Below, one piece after another: positions 29,329-37,880 of a stretch of DNA of 64,000 nt. The translations under genes and the position numbers were made by a program. Every line of letters begins with the position of its first letter. Position 1 is the first letter of the stretch. The notes beneath the pieces are model-generated. The model was not told where the DNA came from. It worked only from the letters and a program-made list of their open reading frames with translations, and made no database searches. The stretch is from Escherichia phage ECML-10: sequence record OL631479.1; one strand, 5' to 3'.

Positions 29329-29723
29329 CGATCCTCCTGATTGATACTCTCATTATAAATATCTATAAGCTGATCAGGAAGTGTTGACTTCTTACCTTCA
29401 GGTGATTGGAGGTAGATAATCTGCTTTTCTCTACCTGCCCTCTCAGCTATATTTAATTTATCCTGCAAATCAGAAAGAGATTTTTCAAGGTTTTTAACCT
29501 CCTCTGCGTGGCCCATTTTAATTTTGTCGGCCTGCTTTTGTTGCTGATCAAGGATCCGTTCCCACTTTAACTCTGTTGCTGACACACCCTCTTGGTAGGC
29601 ATCATTAAGCTTAGAGTTAAACCAATACACGGCCCCAAGATAAGCTGCACCTATAGCCGCTGCAAAAACTAAACCTTTTATGATCCCTTTATACCTACTC
29701 AGCCATGTTAAAACTGAAATCAT
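29325..29723 (-). CDS. Putative i-spanin
   Basis: 132 aa; N-terminal TM helix (GLVFAAAIGAAYLGAVYWF) followed by charged coiled-coil region. Confidence 0.5.
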   Translation of the reverse strand: MISVLTWLSRYKGIIKGLVFAAAIGAAYLGAVYWFNSKLNDAYQEGVSATELKWERILDQQQKQADKIKMGHAEEVKNLEKSLSDLQDKLNIAERAGREKQIIYLQSPEGKKSTLPDQLIDIYNESINQEDR

Positions 29724-29828
29724 TTTAAGGCTCCAGAAACGAAAAAACCCCGCAGCTATGCAGCTAACGGGGCGGGTTAAAATTGAGTAACCTAAATAGA
29801 TCGAAACTAACTAAAAGGAGACTAATAC

Positions 29829-30098
29829 TTATCGAGGCACTCGGTGGATGATTCTAACAGTAACTGCATTTTCATTCATCAAGTATGCATCTACATCTCT
29901 GTAAATATAAAACTTCTGCTCACTATCAACAACACAAGCTACCGCCCCTTCAGAGTTGTCTTCAAAAAAGACCACCACTGCATCGCAGCTGAGTTCATGA
30001 TATGACTCTCGAAGATTTACAGCCAGAGGATTGAAATCGTCACGAAAATCTACGGTATGGGTTGGATTTACACGCTCTACAATTTTAAGTGTATACAT
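29829..30098 (-). CDS. Hypothetical protein
   Basis: Track ORF 29829-30188 trimmed to ATG at 30098 (RBS AAAGGAAC) because upstream part overlaps tRNA-Pro. Confidence 0.3.
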   Translation of the reverse strand: MYTLKIVERVNPTHTVDFRDDFNPLAVNLRESYHELSCDAVVVFFEDNSEGAVACVVDSEQKFYIYRDVDAYLMNENAVTVRIIHRVPR

Positions 30099-30143
30099 TT
30101 TAAAGGTTCCTTTTGTTTGTATATGTTTAAAGTATAACTGAAA

Positions 30144-30221
30144 GTGGTCTCCACGGAGTGATTCGAACACTCGACCTCCTGATCCCAAATCAGGCGCTCT
30201 ACCAAGCTGAGCTACGCGGAG
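30144..30221 (-). tRNA. tRNA-Pro (anticodon UGG)
   Basis: Hand-folded cloverleaf: 7-bp acceptor, T-loop TTCGAAT, anticodon loop UUUGGGA, encoded CCA. Confidence 0.75.
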
Positions 30222-30232
30222 TATTCATTATT

Positions 30233-30307
30233 TGGTGGCCCTGGGTGGAATTGAACCACCGTCTGGCGATTATGAGTCGCTTGCTTGAACCTTCCAGCTA
30301 CAGGGCC
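30233..30307 (-). tRNA. tRNA-Met (anticodon CAU; could be Ile-lysidine type)
   Basis: Acceptor GGCCCTG/CAGGGCC, T-loop TTCAATT, anticodon loop CUCAUAA, CCA encoded. Confidence 0.7.
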
Positions 30308-30308
30308 A

Positions 30309-30384
30309 TGGTGCTGATGGCAGGACTTGAACCTGCAACCTATTGATTACAAATCAATTGCACTACCAATTGTGCTACATCAGC
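30309..30384 (-). tRNA. tRNA-Thr (anticodon UGU)
   Basis: Acceptor GCTGATG/CATCAGC, D-stem GCAC/GTGC, anticodon loop UUUGUAA, T-loop TTCAAGT, CCA encoded. Confidence 0.7.
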
Positions 30385-30390
30385 AAAAAG

Positions 30391-30488
30391 GTGCTAGGTG
30401 ATGGAATCGAACCACCTATGTATTCAACGACTACCTCGTCTATTTTCAGGATTAAAAATCCTCGCCCTTGCCAAAGGGCTTACCTAGC
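30391..30488 (-). tRNA. Atypical tRNA-like gene (~98 nt), isotype unresolved
   Basis: Perfect 7-bp acceptor and 4-bp D-stem, T-loop TTCGATT; anticodon arm has only 4 bp with loop UUUUUAA (UUU) and a ~30-nt variable region. Confidence 0.4.
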
Positions 30489-30596
30489 TCAGTATGTTGA
30501 CCATGTTGCTAGTCGGCGATGACGACTGTAACATTTGATAATCCGGTTCTGCTTCCGGCTTTCGCTTAATTACAAGGTCAACAATATGGCAGAGGA

Positions 30597-30686
30597 TAAT
30601 GGAATCGAACCATCATCGAGTCATCCTCAACGGGACGGTTTTCAAGACCGCTTGAGCACCATTGCTCCCTACCCTCTTTTATAAAC
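30597..30686 (-). tRNA. tRNA-Ser (anticodon UGA)
   Basis: Type II tRNA with long variable arm; anticodon loop CUUGAAA; T-loop TTCGATT; CCA encoded. Confidence 0.65.
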
Positions 30687-30791
30687 AATACTGATAATGA
30701 CACTGATTTTCGAGCAGTTAGTGACTAGTATAAACGACGATAAATATCAATGCCATTATCTGTATGATTTATGCATTTAAAAATATAAATT

Positions 30792-30879
30792 TGGTGGTGA
30801 GTGATGGAGTCGAACCACCAGAATCGCAATGATAACAGATTTACAGTCTGCCCCGCTACCCCTACGGAATTAACTCACC
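30792..30879 (-). tRNA. tRNA-Tyr (anticodon GUA)
   Basis: Acceptor GGTGAGT/ACTCACC, anticodon loop CUGUAAA, long variable arm, T-loop TTCGACT, CCA encoded. Confidence 0.7.
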
Positions 30880-31009
30880 TAAATACTAATATTTAAATTC
30901 TTTTTAAAATAGCTAGTGTTCTCACCACTAACTATGAGGTATCGGTAAAGTGGTTACCGCCACTTGCCGAAGATTTACTCTGCTAAAGTAAGCTACATTA
31001 AAAAGAACT

Positions 31010-31084
31010 TGGCACCCCGTACTGGACTCGAACCAGTGTCAACGGCTTAGAAGGCCGCTGCTTTATCCACTAAGCTAACAGGGC
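31010..31084 (-). tRNA. tRNA-Arg (anticodon UCU)
   Basis: Acceptor with two G-U pairs, D-stem GCTT/AAGC, anticodon loop CUUCUAA, T-loop TTCGAGT, CCA encoded. Confidence 0.65.
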
Positions 31085-31180
31085 ACTGGGTGGCTTTCTT
31101 TTACACCTTAGCCGCCAGAAAAGGTGGGAGACCATGTTTACAATATTACACTGTTAAGCAAAGTTTGTCAAGAAAATATT

Positions 31181-31516
31181 TTAGCTATTGCTAACAGGCT
31201 GTATTTCTGTAGTAAATGGCATAAAAGGTGCTGGTTTTTCAGCCTCTTCCACTACCATCTCTTCCTCTTCACCAAACATCTCATCATATTCTTCCTGCAT
31301 TCGGTCTGCCTTATCAAGAACATACTCTGCAATGCTTTGACGAATATTTTGTTTGGTTTTCGGGTCCAACATCATCTCTCTTAAAACTTTGTGAGCTTCT
31401 GGAACCATCGCTATAAAAGATTCCTTCATATCAAGGATGTTCTTCTCTAGCTGAATGGCGTTGGACTCCTCTTTCAGAGGTCTGCCTCTACGGCGACGCT
31501 TTTTAGTTGTATCCGC
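31181..31516 (-). CDS. Hypothetical protein with basic AT-hook-like N-terminus
   Basis: Start chosen at MADTTKKRRRRGRPLK; acidic C-terminus. Confidence 0.3.
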   Translation of the reverse strand, partial: ADTTKKRRRRGRPLKEESNAIQLEKNILDMKESFIAMVPEAHKVLREMMLDPKTKQNIRQSIAEYVLDKADRMQEEYDEMFGEEEEMVVEEAEKPAPFMPFTTEIQPVSNS

Positions 31517-31865
31517 CATGTTTCCTCCATTATCACGTGATAGGTGGATTTTATCATAGCAAATACTGATTGTCAAGTTCGCCGCAGGGTGGTATTCCCT
31601 GCGACTTGTCCAGCGTCCTGGACCAGCAAGACCCAACAAGTGGGTTACCAGAGGCCTATTACCCGCGCTTCGGCTCGACCTTGTTACAGGTTGGCTGGGG
31701 TCACATCGTCATGTGCTGGCTGCCCCTACCATTTTAAGTGTGGTGCACTATCAAGCCCTCTAAGGGGAACTCAGTCTTCTCCGAACCCTGTTTCAAAGCA
31801 TCCGGAGATAAAGCCATCAAATTCATCTTTAAATTGGATATTCATCATGATACACGAAAACAACC

Positions 31866-32108
31866 TCATTGTAAAGCACAAATAAATAAAACATACTTAA
31901 TTTGTTTGTTATCAGGCTCAGGGTAGAAGTAGAAGATCTTGCTATCACCGATCTGAACACCACCATCCCAACAGCATAGCCCATAACCTGTATTCATACA
32001 AGCTAAGTCGTTGGCAAAATCTATTGCATCATCCAGTGCACGAAATTCACCTTCATCTTCTAAATAATCCTCATTCATGGAACGAAAAACGAGCTTAACC
32101 TTAAACAT
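31866..32108 (-). CDS. Hypothetical protein
   Basis: 80 aa ORF, co-oriented. Confidence 0.25.
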   Translation of the reverse strand: MFKVKLVFRSMNEDYLEDEGEFRALDDAIDFANDLACMNTGYGLCCWDGGVQIGDSKIFYFYPEPDNKQIKYVLFICALQ

Positions 32109-32184
32109 AGCATTACCTGTAGACCTCGTAAGTTAAAATTGTAGCACATCATATTGCAGATCTTATCAGGTAACATTATTTTTG

Positions 32185-32394
32185 TCAACAGATTCCGGCC
32201 TTATCTCGCCTGTCTGCGTATTCTTTAATCGCAACCTCATCTGCATTAGTGACCAGGTCTTCAAAGTAACTCTCAAGCTCCTCGTCAATGTCAGGAGACC
32301 AGCTCTTTTTCCTGTCAGTGTGAATTGCAGACTTGTTGAACTTATTACAGTTCTTTGCTACCGGATTATTCATTAAGCGCTCCTCAGCGTTCAT
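32185..32394 (-). CDS. Hypothetical protein
   Basis: 69 aa ORF overlapping upstream gene end. Confidence 0.25.
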   Translation of the reverse strand: MNAEERLMNNPVAKNCNKFNKSAIHTDRKKSWSPDIDEELESYFEDLVTNADEVAIKEYADRRDKAGIC

Positions 32395-32962
32395 AGTAAA
32401 TTTTATTTAACATTACCTCATCCTTTGCAGAAAGAATACCGAGATATGCATCACCGAATCTACCTGCAACAACCTCTGCGTGATACATCACTTCGTTAAT
32501 ATCGTCAAGAGTGATAACTGGATGACCGTATCTCTCTGAGTATTGTCTCAGAGTGCGATGTAGGGAGTCATCATCATAGGCAGACTTTTTAATATCACAA
32601 ACACGACGAATAGCCTTGATGTCGAAAAACCCTGTACGATACCAACCAAGAAAAAGGTTTCGTGCAGTGTCAACATCTACATCAATACCATCAAGAACCT
32701 TATCTACAAGATAGCTGTCATCCTTTGGACCTGCTTCCTTAGTGCGAATGTAGTTGCCATCTTTTCCAGGTGACAGCTCCTTCTCATCACCAACCTGAAT
32801 GCCATCATTTGGCGGTGTTAACCACTTATCCGGATGCTTACGATCACGAGCGTTAGAATGATTACGCTGGAAACCTGGCTTCCACTTGAAAGTTTTCTCC
32901 ATCTGTTCTTCATTCTGATAACGTTTTGCAATCTTTTCACGGTCATCTTTGCGTGAGCTCAT
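32384..32962 (-). CDS. Hypothetical protein
   Basis: 192 aa ORF downstream of the non-coding repeat region. Confidence 0.3.
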   Translation of the reverse strand: MSSRKDDREKIAKRYQNEEQMEKTFKWKPGFQRNHSNARDRKHPDKWLTPPNDGIQVGDEKELSPGKDGNYIRTKEAGPKDDSYLVDKVLDGIDVDVDTARNLFLGWYRTGFFDIKAIRRVCDIKKSAYDDDSLHRTLRQYSERYGHPVITLDDINEVMYHAEVVAGRFGDAYLGILSAKDEVMLNKIYYER

Positions 32963-33465
32963 AGCTGCCTCCTCTTCAAGTTATAGAAAAACTCACTGTA
33001 TCGCTTTGTAACGAGCTTTTCTATCAAACTGGTGCGATTGCATTACTTGGTATGGTTTATACAGCTGTGGAGCGATTTAGGGGCCTCATTATCCGTTTCC
33101 ACACATAAACTTTATCCAAACTCGCGCGGGAGTCTCTCAACCGACTCCTTACGGCGCTGGCAAGCTTTCGTCGGTGGCCCACATTAGTGCTCGGCCTTTG
33201 GCCTGCGCTATCGCTTCGCTCCCACACATGTTAACAGACCTGCATGTATGCACTTCTGTTATTGTGTGCACTATGGAGGCCCGGCATCTCGCCCCCTCGT
33301 AGGCGAGTGCCAATGAAGGGCCGACACTACCTATAGAAAGTAATAAATTTAAAACATGGTACTTAGGATCTAGTATATTCTACATAAGTTAAGTATATGT
33401 ACTTAGTACCATAAGTACTAGATCTTTTATTTTTTATTATTTAGTTATTTTAGTTATATTCTTTA

Positions 33466-33549
33466 TGTGTCCGTATCACGGACAGTTAGTGTCCGTATTA
33501 CGGGCAGATGTGTCCGCGTGACGGACAGTAGTGTCCGTATCACGGACAG
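33466..33549. repeat. Four tandem 21-bp palindromic repeats (consensus TGTCCGT-NNN-ACGGACA), candidate iterons/operators
   Basis: Units at ~33466, 33487, 33508, 33529, each an internal inverted repeat; preceded by AT-rich tract 33421-33465. Confidence 0.7.
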
Positions 33550-33623
33550 TTACTAGCCTCTGTTCCAGGGCGAACATAAAACATACGAATCCTTATAGTA
33601 CAGATATTTAAGTTTTTACTGGT

Positions 33624-33974
33624 CTAACCAGTTGTTGACATCCGAATAACTTCTTCTGGTGGCAAAACTTTGGAAAATGTGCATCTTTTACCTCTCCCTT
33701 GTGTGGATATTTCAACCACTCCCGCACATTCTAAAGTTTTAACGCACGCTGCTGCTTTTGTTTTCTTTATCCCAACATCTGCTGCAATTTTCCTTGTGCT
33801 GGGTGTGAAGCGTGAATTTCCTCCAAGCTTATACCAGTTGTGCAGGTAGCAGTATACAATCTTGTCATACAAGTCAAGAACAACAACCTCTCCAGTTGTG
33901 TCATTCAAAACTTTTGACATAGACAGTATTTCAAGGGGGACTTTAAGATATAGCAGCTTATCCCCATCTTTCAT
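33624..33974 (-). CDS. Hypothetical protein, possible DNA-binding
   Basis: 116 aa ORF ending ~75 bp upstream of the palindromic repeat array; basic segment RKIAADVGIKKTKAAACVKTLE. Confidence 0.3.
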   Translation of the reverse strand: MKDGDKLLYLKVPLEILSMSKVLNDTTGEVVVLDLYDKIVYCYLHNWYKLGGNSRFTPSTRKIAADVGIKKTKAAACVKTLECAGVVEISTQGRGKRCTFSKVLPPEEVIRMSTTG

Positions 33975-34021
33975 ATCTCCTGATTCTCCTTGTGTGGCAA
34001 TTTTCTTTAAAATAGCAGGGA

Positions 34022-34576
34022 TTACTCCCCGCTGTCAATAGCAAGACTCATTGCAATACGGTATGCCTCTTCTAATGGTAAGAGTCTCCCCCACACATCC
34101 CAACCGACATCAAGCTGCCTGCCAAACAACTGTTGTGTGGTTCCGTGAGCATGACCGAACAGTTGGACTGATCCATGAGGCTTTCTGTTCCACTTTGCAA
34201 ACTGGTAATGGCTCATACAGATCAAATTCTTGTTGTGGCGAAGCTCGTAATAATCTACAACCTCGTGATAGAACTCTTTCATAATTCTGACAGTCGTCCT
34301 TGTGTCATGGTTGCCACGAACAAGAATAATATGTCCGTTCAACATATTTAGAATATCCGGGAGTAAGTTGTTGATATTCTTATCATTAGTGCACGCAATA
34401 TCTCCCAAGTGGAACACAGTGTCTGCAGGTGACACAACAGAGTTCCACTCGGCGATGATTCCTGCATTCATACTGTCAAGATTGTGATCATACTGAGATC
34501 TGTGTTTTTGACATGAATCAAACTCCATGACCCGCTGGTGGAGAAAGTGTGTGTCGCTTGTTACAAAGTATTTCAT
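34022..34576 (-). CDS. Calcineurin-like metallophosphoesterase
   Basis: Motifs GDIACTND, GNHD, GHAHG; start at ATG 34576 (RBS GAGGAA) just after kinase gene stop. Confidence 0.65.
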   Translation of the reverse strand: MKYFVTSDTHFLHQRVMEFDSCQKHRSQYDHNLDSMNAGIIAEWNSVVSPADTVFHLGDIACTNDKNINNLLPDILNMLNGHIILVRGNHDTRTTVRIMKEFYHEVVDYYELRHNKNLICMSHYQFAKWNRKPHGSVQLFGHAHGTTQQLFGRQLDVGWDVWGRLLPLEEAYRIAMSLAIDSGE

Positions 34577-34583
34577 ACATTCC

Positions 34584-34994
34584 TCATTTAAGTTTAATGC
34601 AGTTTTTAAGCTGGCGTTCCATACGATCCACAACCCTGTCTGGAACATCATGAATGCTTTTATTACCGTGGCGGTTTTCAACCACGATCACGGTATAACT
34701 ATACCCATGACTGATTGCCATGTCAATATATTCTTGCACATGTTTTTCTTTTGTAAACGTATTACTTACCACGATACGGTCGTATCCCATACGCATCATA
34801 TCTTCTACGTTATCTTTGCACCATTTTGCTGCAAGTGTTACTTTACTTGCATCCCAGTTGTAATTTCCGTCATCGTCGTACCAGAACATGTCGTTCTCAA
34901 AATGTGGATACAGACCTTCTAAAGATAGAGCATTTGCCAGTGTTGATTTGCCAGACCCTGGTATACCACGCACGATATATAGCATTTTAGACAT
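34584..34994 (-). CDS. P-loop polynucleotide kinase-like protein
   Basis: Walker A GIPGSGKST near N-terminus like T4 Pnk kinase domain; start ATG 34994 with RBS GGGGGA. Confidence 0.5.
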   Translation of the reverse strand: MSKMLYIVRGIPGSGKSTLANALSLEGLYPHFENDMFWYDDDGNYNWDASKVTLAAKWCKDNVEDMMRMGYDRIVVSNTFTKEKHVQEYIDMAISHGYSYTVIVVENRHGNKSIHDVPDRVVDRMERQLKNCIKLK

Positions 34995-35022
34995 AGCAAT
35001 CCCCCGTTTTAATTTTAATGAT

Positions 35023-35051
35023 AGTATACCTAACTGTTTTGTTAATTTCAA
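35023..35051 (-). promoter_or_regulatory. Sigma70-like promoter (TTGAAA-N17-TATACT) for kinase/phosphoesterase genes
   Basis: Minus-strand hexamers in divergent intergenic region. Confidence 0.4.
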
Positions 35052-35054
35052 GTG

Positions 35055-35084
35055 TTGACACTAGGTTGTTTGTGTGGCAGGATA
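35055..35084 (+). promoter_or_regulatory. Candidate promoter for RNA ligase operon (TTGACA, weak -10)
   Basis: TTGACA at 35055-35060; -10 region diverged; shares leading GTTGACA with other plus-strand promoters. Confidence 0.3.
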
Positions 35085-35094
35085 GACTGACAAA

Positions 35095-36030
35095 ATGACA
35101 AATGAGGAACGTATGATGAAGTATTTTAATGCAGACGATCTAGTTGACAAAGGTCTTGTAACCAGTCGATATTATCCAGATCTTGGATTAAAGATCTATA
35201 AATATGCCAGAAAAGTATTCTACAACAATCTGTGGCATTTGTCCCCTCGTTTGCTGGAGTGCCGAGGCATTGTTGTCGGTAATGAAGGAAATGTTGTGGC
35301 ATGGCCCTTCACAAAAGTGTTTAACTTGGGAGAAAATCACACCAACCTGCCTGACAATAAGCTTGTGACGGCGGTAGAGAAAAAGAACGGATTCCTCGGC
35401 GTGGTGTCATCTCATAAAGGTGAACTATTGTTCTCAACAACCGGATCTCTTGATTCCCCATATTGTAACCTCGCAAAGGAAACCATCCGGGAGCAATGTG
35501 GTAATTTAGATCTTATCAAGAAGGTTATGGGCAATGAAAACATGACATTCATGTTTGAAATTTGTCACCCTTCAGATCCGCATATTGTTCAGGAAGATCA
35601 TGGCGCATATTTGATAGGTTGCAGATATAATGATTCTGGAATAATGCTGCCAGAAGCAGCTTTAGATGGGATTGCCAAATACCTTGGCGCAAAACGTCCT
35701 CACACTGTGCGTGAAATTCCGTTCAGCTATGCAAAAGAATTGGCTGCAGAAACAAGAGGTGAAGGGTATATGATTCGTAAGCCTTACTACCCTTATGATC
35801 TGCAGCTGAAGATCAAGTCTCCATACTATCTGGCACGGAAGGCCGTAATGAGGGGTAAAGCTTGGAAGATTTGGGATGATGATATCTTTAAACGTGTTGA
35901 CGAAGAGTTTTACGGCATGGTAAACTTCATTCGTAGCAATTACACAGAAGATGTGTGGAACTGCCTACTGGAGCAGGAACGCAGGGAGATACTCGACCAC
36001 TATTTCCACAACGAGGACTATATGCAATGA
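35095..36030 (+). CDS. rnlA: RNA ligase 1 (T4 RnlA-like)
   Basis: LLECRGIVV, FTKVFNLGEN, VEKKNGFLGVV (motif I), GEGYMIRK (motif IV), LKIKS (motif V); matches T4 Rnl1 as recalled. Alternative start ATG 35113. Confidence 0.7.
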   Translation: MTNEERMMKYFNADDLVDKGLVTSRYYPDLGLKIYKYARKVFYNNLWHLSPRLLECRGIVVGNEGNVVAWPFTKVFNLGENHTNLPDNKLVTAVEKKNGFLGVVSSHKGELLFSTTGSLDSPYCNLAKETIREQCGNLDLIKKVMGNENMTFMFEICHPSDPHIVQEDHGAYLIGCRYNDSGIMLPEAALDGIAKYLGAKRPHTVREIPFSYAKELAAETRGEGYMIRKPYYPYDLQLKIKSPYYLARKAVMRGKAWKIWDDDIFKRVDEEFYGMVNFIRSNYTEDVWNCLLEQERREILDHYFHNEDYMQ

Positions 36031-36377
36031 AGAAGTTGATTGTGTGGCTGGATGATTTGAGAGATCCGTCAAATTATGGACTCCCAGACGCTGTTTGGCT
36101 GAAGAATTCCTCCGAGTTTATGGATTTTATTAACGATAAGGGAAAGCTCTACAGACGCGTTTCTGAGTGGCATATGGACAACGACTTAGGAGAAGTATTC
36201 GAAGGATATGATTGCCTATCCATGTTGGAGGAAAAATTTGTATTCGGTAAGCCTCCAGTGGTTGACAACGTGAAGATTTTCGTACATACTTCTAATCCAT
36301 CAGCGGCTCGTAAATTCATGCTTGCAGCTGACTCGTTTAAAAAGTTTGGAATAGAGATTAAACAAAACATCTACTGA
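36027..36377 (+). CDS. Hypothetical protein (receiver-like N-terminus), translationally coupled to rnl and sir2
   Basis: ATG overlaps rnl stop (ATGA); begins MKKLIVWLDDLRDP. Confidence 0.3.
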   Translation: MKKLIVWLDDLRDPSNYGLPDAVWLKNSSEFMDFINDKGKLYRRVSEWHMDNDLGEVFEGYDCLSMLEEKFVFGKPPVVDNVKIFVHTSNPSAARKFMLAADSFKKFGIEIKQNIY

Positions 36378-36385
36378 GGACACTT

Positions 36386-37147
36386 ATGCGACGACTGATT
36401 ATTATCTCCGGTGCTGGTTTGAGCGCTGAATCTGGTATTCCCACTTTCCGATCTGGTAGCACTGCAATGTGGGAGAATTTCAGCATCGATGAGGTGTGCA
36501 ACATCCACACCTTTGCCAAGAACTACTATAAGGTGCATGACTTTTACAATGCACGTCGTGTAGCTCTGGGCAGTGTTGATCCTAACCTTGCACATCTTCG
36601 GATCGCTGAGTGGTATTCCCGCTGGTCTGGTCGTGTGATCAACCTTACCACCAATGTAGATGATTTGCTGGAGCGTGCTGGTGTAAAACATGAAGATATT
36701 TTACATGTCCACGGGTATTTGCCTGAAATCACCTACGAAGATGCTGAAGGTAATGATGTAATTAAAAATATCGGATACACGGAGGTAGATACAGGTAAGT
36801 ATACCTGGGTTAAGCCCAATGTAGTGTTCTTCGGTGAGGTTGCTCCTAAGTATACAGACATGTATGACCTGTTGACATCTCTCACAAGCAATGATATGGT
36901 GATCCTGGTAGGTTGTTCTAACACAGTTATTAATTTTAACTGGGAATTGTTTCCTGCTACTTGTAAAGGCACAAAACTGCTGATTGTAAACAAGTATGAT
37001 TCGCAGAGTGCAGATGGAAGTGGCATTTCACGTAGCGACCTTTATCAATATGAGGATCGCGGGATCCCTGTATGGTTTAACGGTGCTGTTGACGCTTTCT
37101 CTGATAAAGTATTTATTGAAACTGTAGAAAACTTTATGGAACTTTAA
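36386..37147 (+). CDS. Sir2-family NAD-dependent protein (sirtuin-like, no zinc ribbon)
   Basis: GAGLSAESGIPTFR, TTNVDDL, HVHGY, VVFFGE, LVGCSNTV motifs; no CxxC pairs. Confidence 0.75.
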   Translation: MRRLIIISGAGLSAESGIPTFRSGSTAMWENFSIDEVCNIHTFAKNYYKVHDFYNARRVALGSVDPNLAHLRIAEWYSRWSGRVINLTTNVDDLLERAGVKHEDILHVHGYLPEITYEDAEGNDVIKNIGYTEVDTGKYTWVKPNVVFFGEVAPKYTDMYDLLTSLTSNDMVILVGCSNTVINFNWELFPATCKGTKLLIVNKYDSQSADGSGISRSDLYQYEDRGIPVWFNGAVDAFSDKVFIETVENFMEL

Positions 37148-37160
37148 AAGGAGACCTTTA

Positions 37161-37874
37161 ATGCTGAATACTAAACTGATCGACAACCTGGAAAAACTGT
37201 CTCAGCCTGAAAACTACCTTTGGTCTGCCAACTGGGTGGAAAACTGGAACCGTGTGGCAGCTAAGGTGAAAAAATCATACACACCATTCGAATTACAGCT
37301 TAGCTTCATTGAGGAAGAGTTCAATGAAGTTTTGGAAGAGCTGGAGAAAGGTGATGGTGGAGATCACTTGCTAAAAGAGGCCTGCGATCTTCATGTTGTC
37401 ACAAGTTATGCCGCTTATCTTGTTAATGACAATCACGAAAAGTGGTCAAACCTGTTTGATAATCCACGAGGTATTAAGTTCAAGATTGGTGAGTTCTATG
37501 ATACACTGATCGCTGCGAAAAACACCTCTAAGCAAAGAGCGTCTGCTTACCGCTTAGCAGAGTTGTCAACAGCTTTGCTGTTCCAGCTTCGCGGTGATGT
37601 GTGCGGGATGATGCGTAAGGTTCTCAAATCGAATGACAGCAAGTTTGCACGGGTCAACCATCTACGGTATTCACACGGTGCCAGTGCAGATATGCCTGCT
37701 GAACAACTCATCGAGTTGGAGATTAAAGATCTTGAGCGACGCTTTGATGGTCGATATGAAGGTTTTGTTGCCAAGGAAGAATTCTACAACGGTAATAAAG
37801 TTATCATATTCCTTGACAGTAAAGGTAAGATCATGAAGCCTTCAAGCTTCAAGGATGTAACAGAGTATATTTAA
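37161..37874 (+). CDS. Hypothetical protein, possibly MazG-like nucleotide pyrophosphohydrolase
   Basis: Glu-rich helix IEEEFNEVLEELEKGD; assignment tentative. Confidence 0.3.
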   Translation: MLNTKLIDNLEKLSQPENYLWSANWVENWNRVAAKVKKSYTPFELQLSFIEEEFNEVLEELEKGDGGDHLLKEACDLHVVTSYAAYLVNDNHEKWSNLFDNPRGIKFKIGEFYDTLIAAKNTSKQRASAYRLAELSTALLFQLRGDVCGMMRKVLKSNDSKFARVNHLRYSHGASADMPAEQLIELEIKDLERRFDGRYEGFVAKEEFYNGNKVIIFLDSKGKIMKPSSFKDVTEYI

Positions 37875-37880
37875 CAACAT

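Noticed and set aside
29829-30188. 119-aa ORF extending into the tRNA cluster
   Set aside because: Its 5' 90 nt overlap tRNA-Pro on the same strand; an internal ATG at 30098 with an RBS gives a non-overlapping 90-aa ORF.
30489-30596. Possible additional tRNAs in spacers 30489-30596, 30687-30791 and 30880-31009
   Set aside because: No T-loop (GTTCGAxxC-type) or acceptor pairing found on either strand by eye; left unannotated.
33466-33549. Tandem repeats as a CRISPR array
   Set aside because: Only four units, contiguous without spacers, each internally palindromic, and no cas genes; fits protein-binding iterons, not CRISPR.
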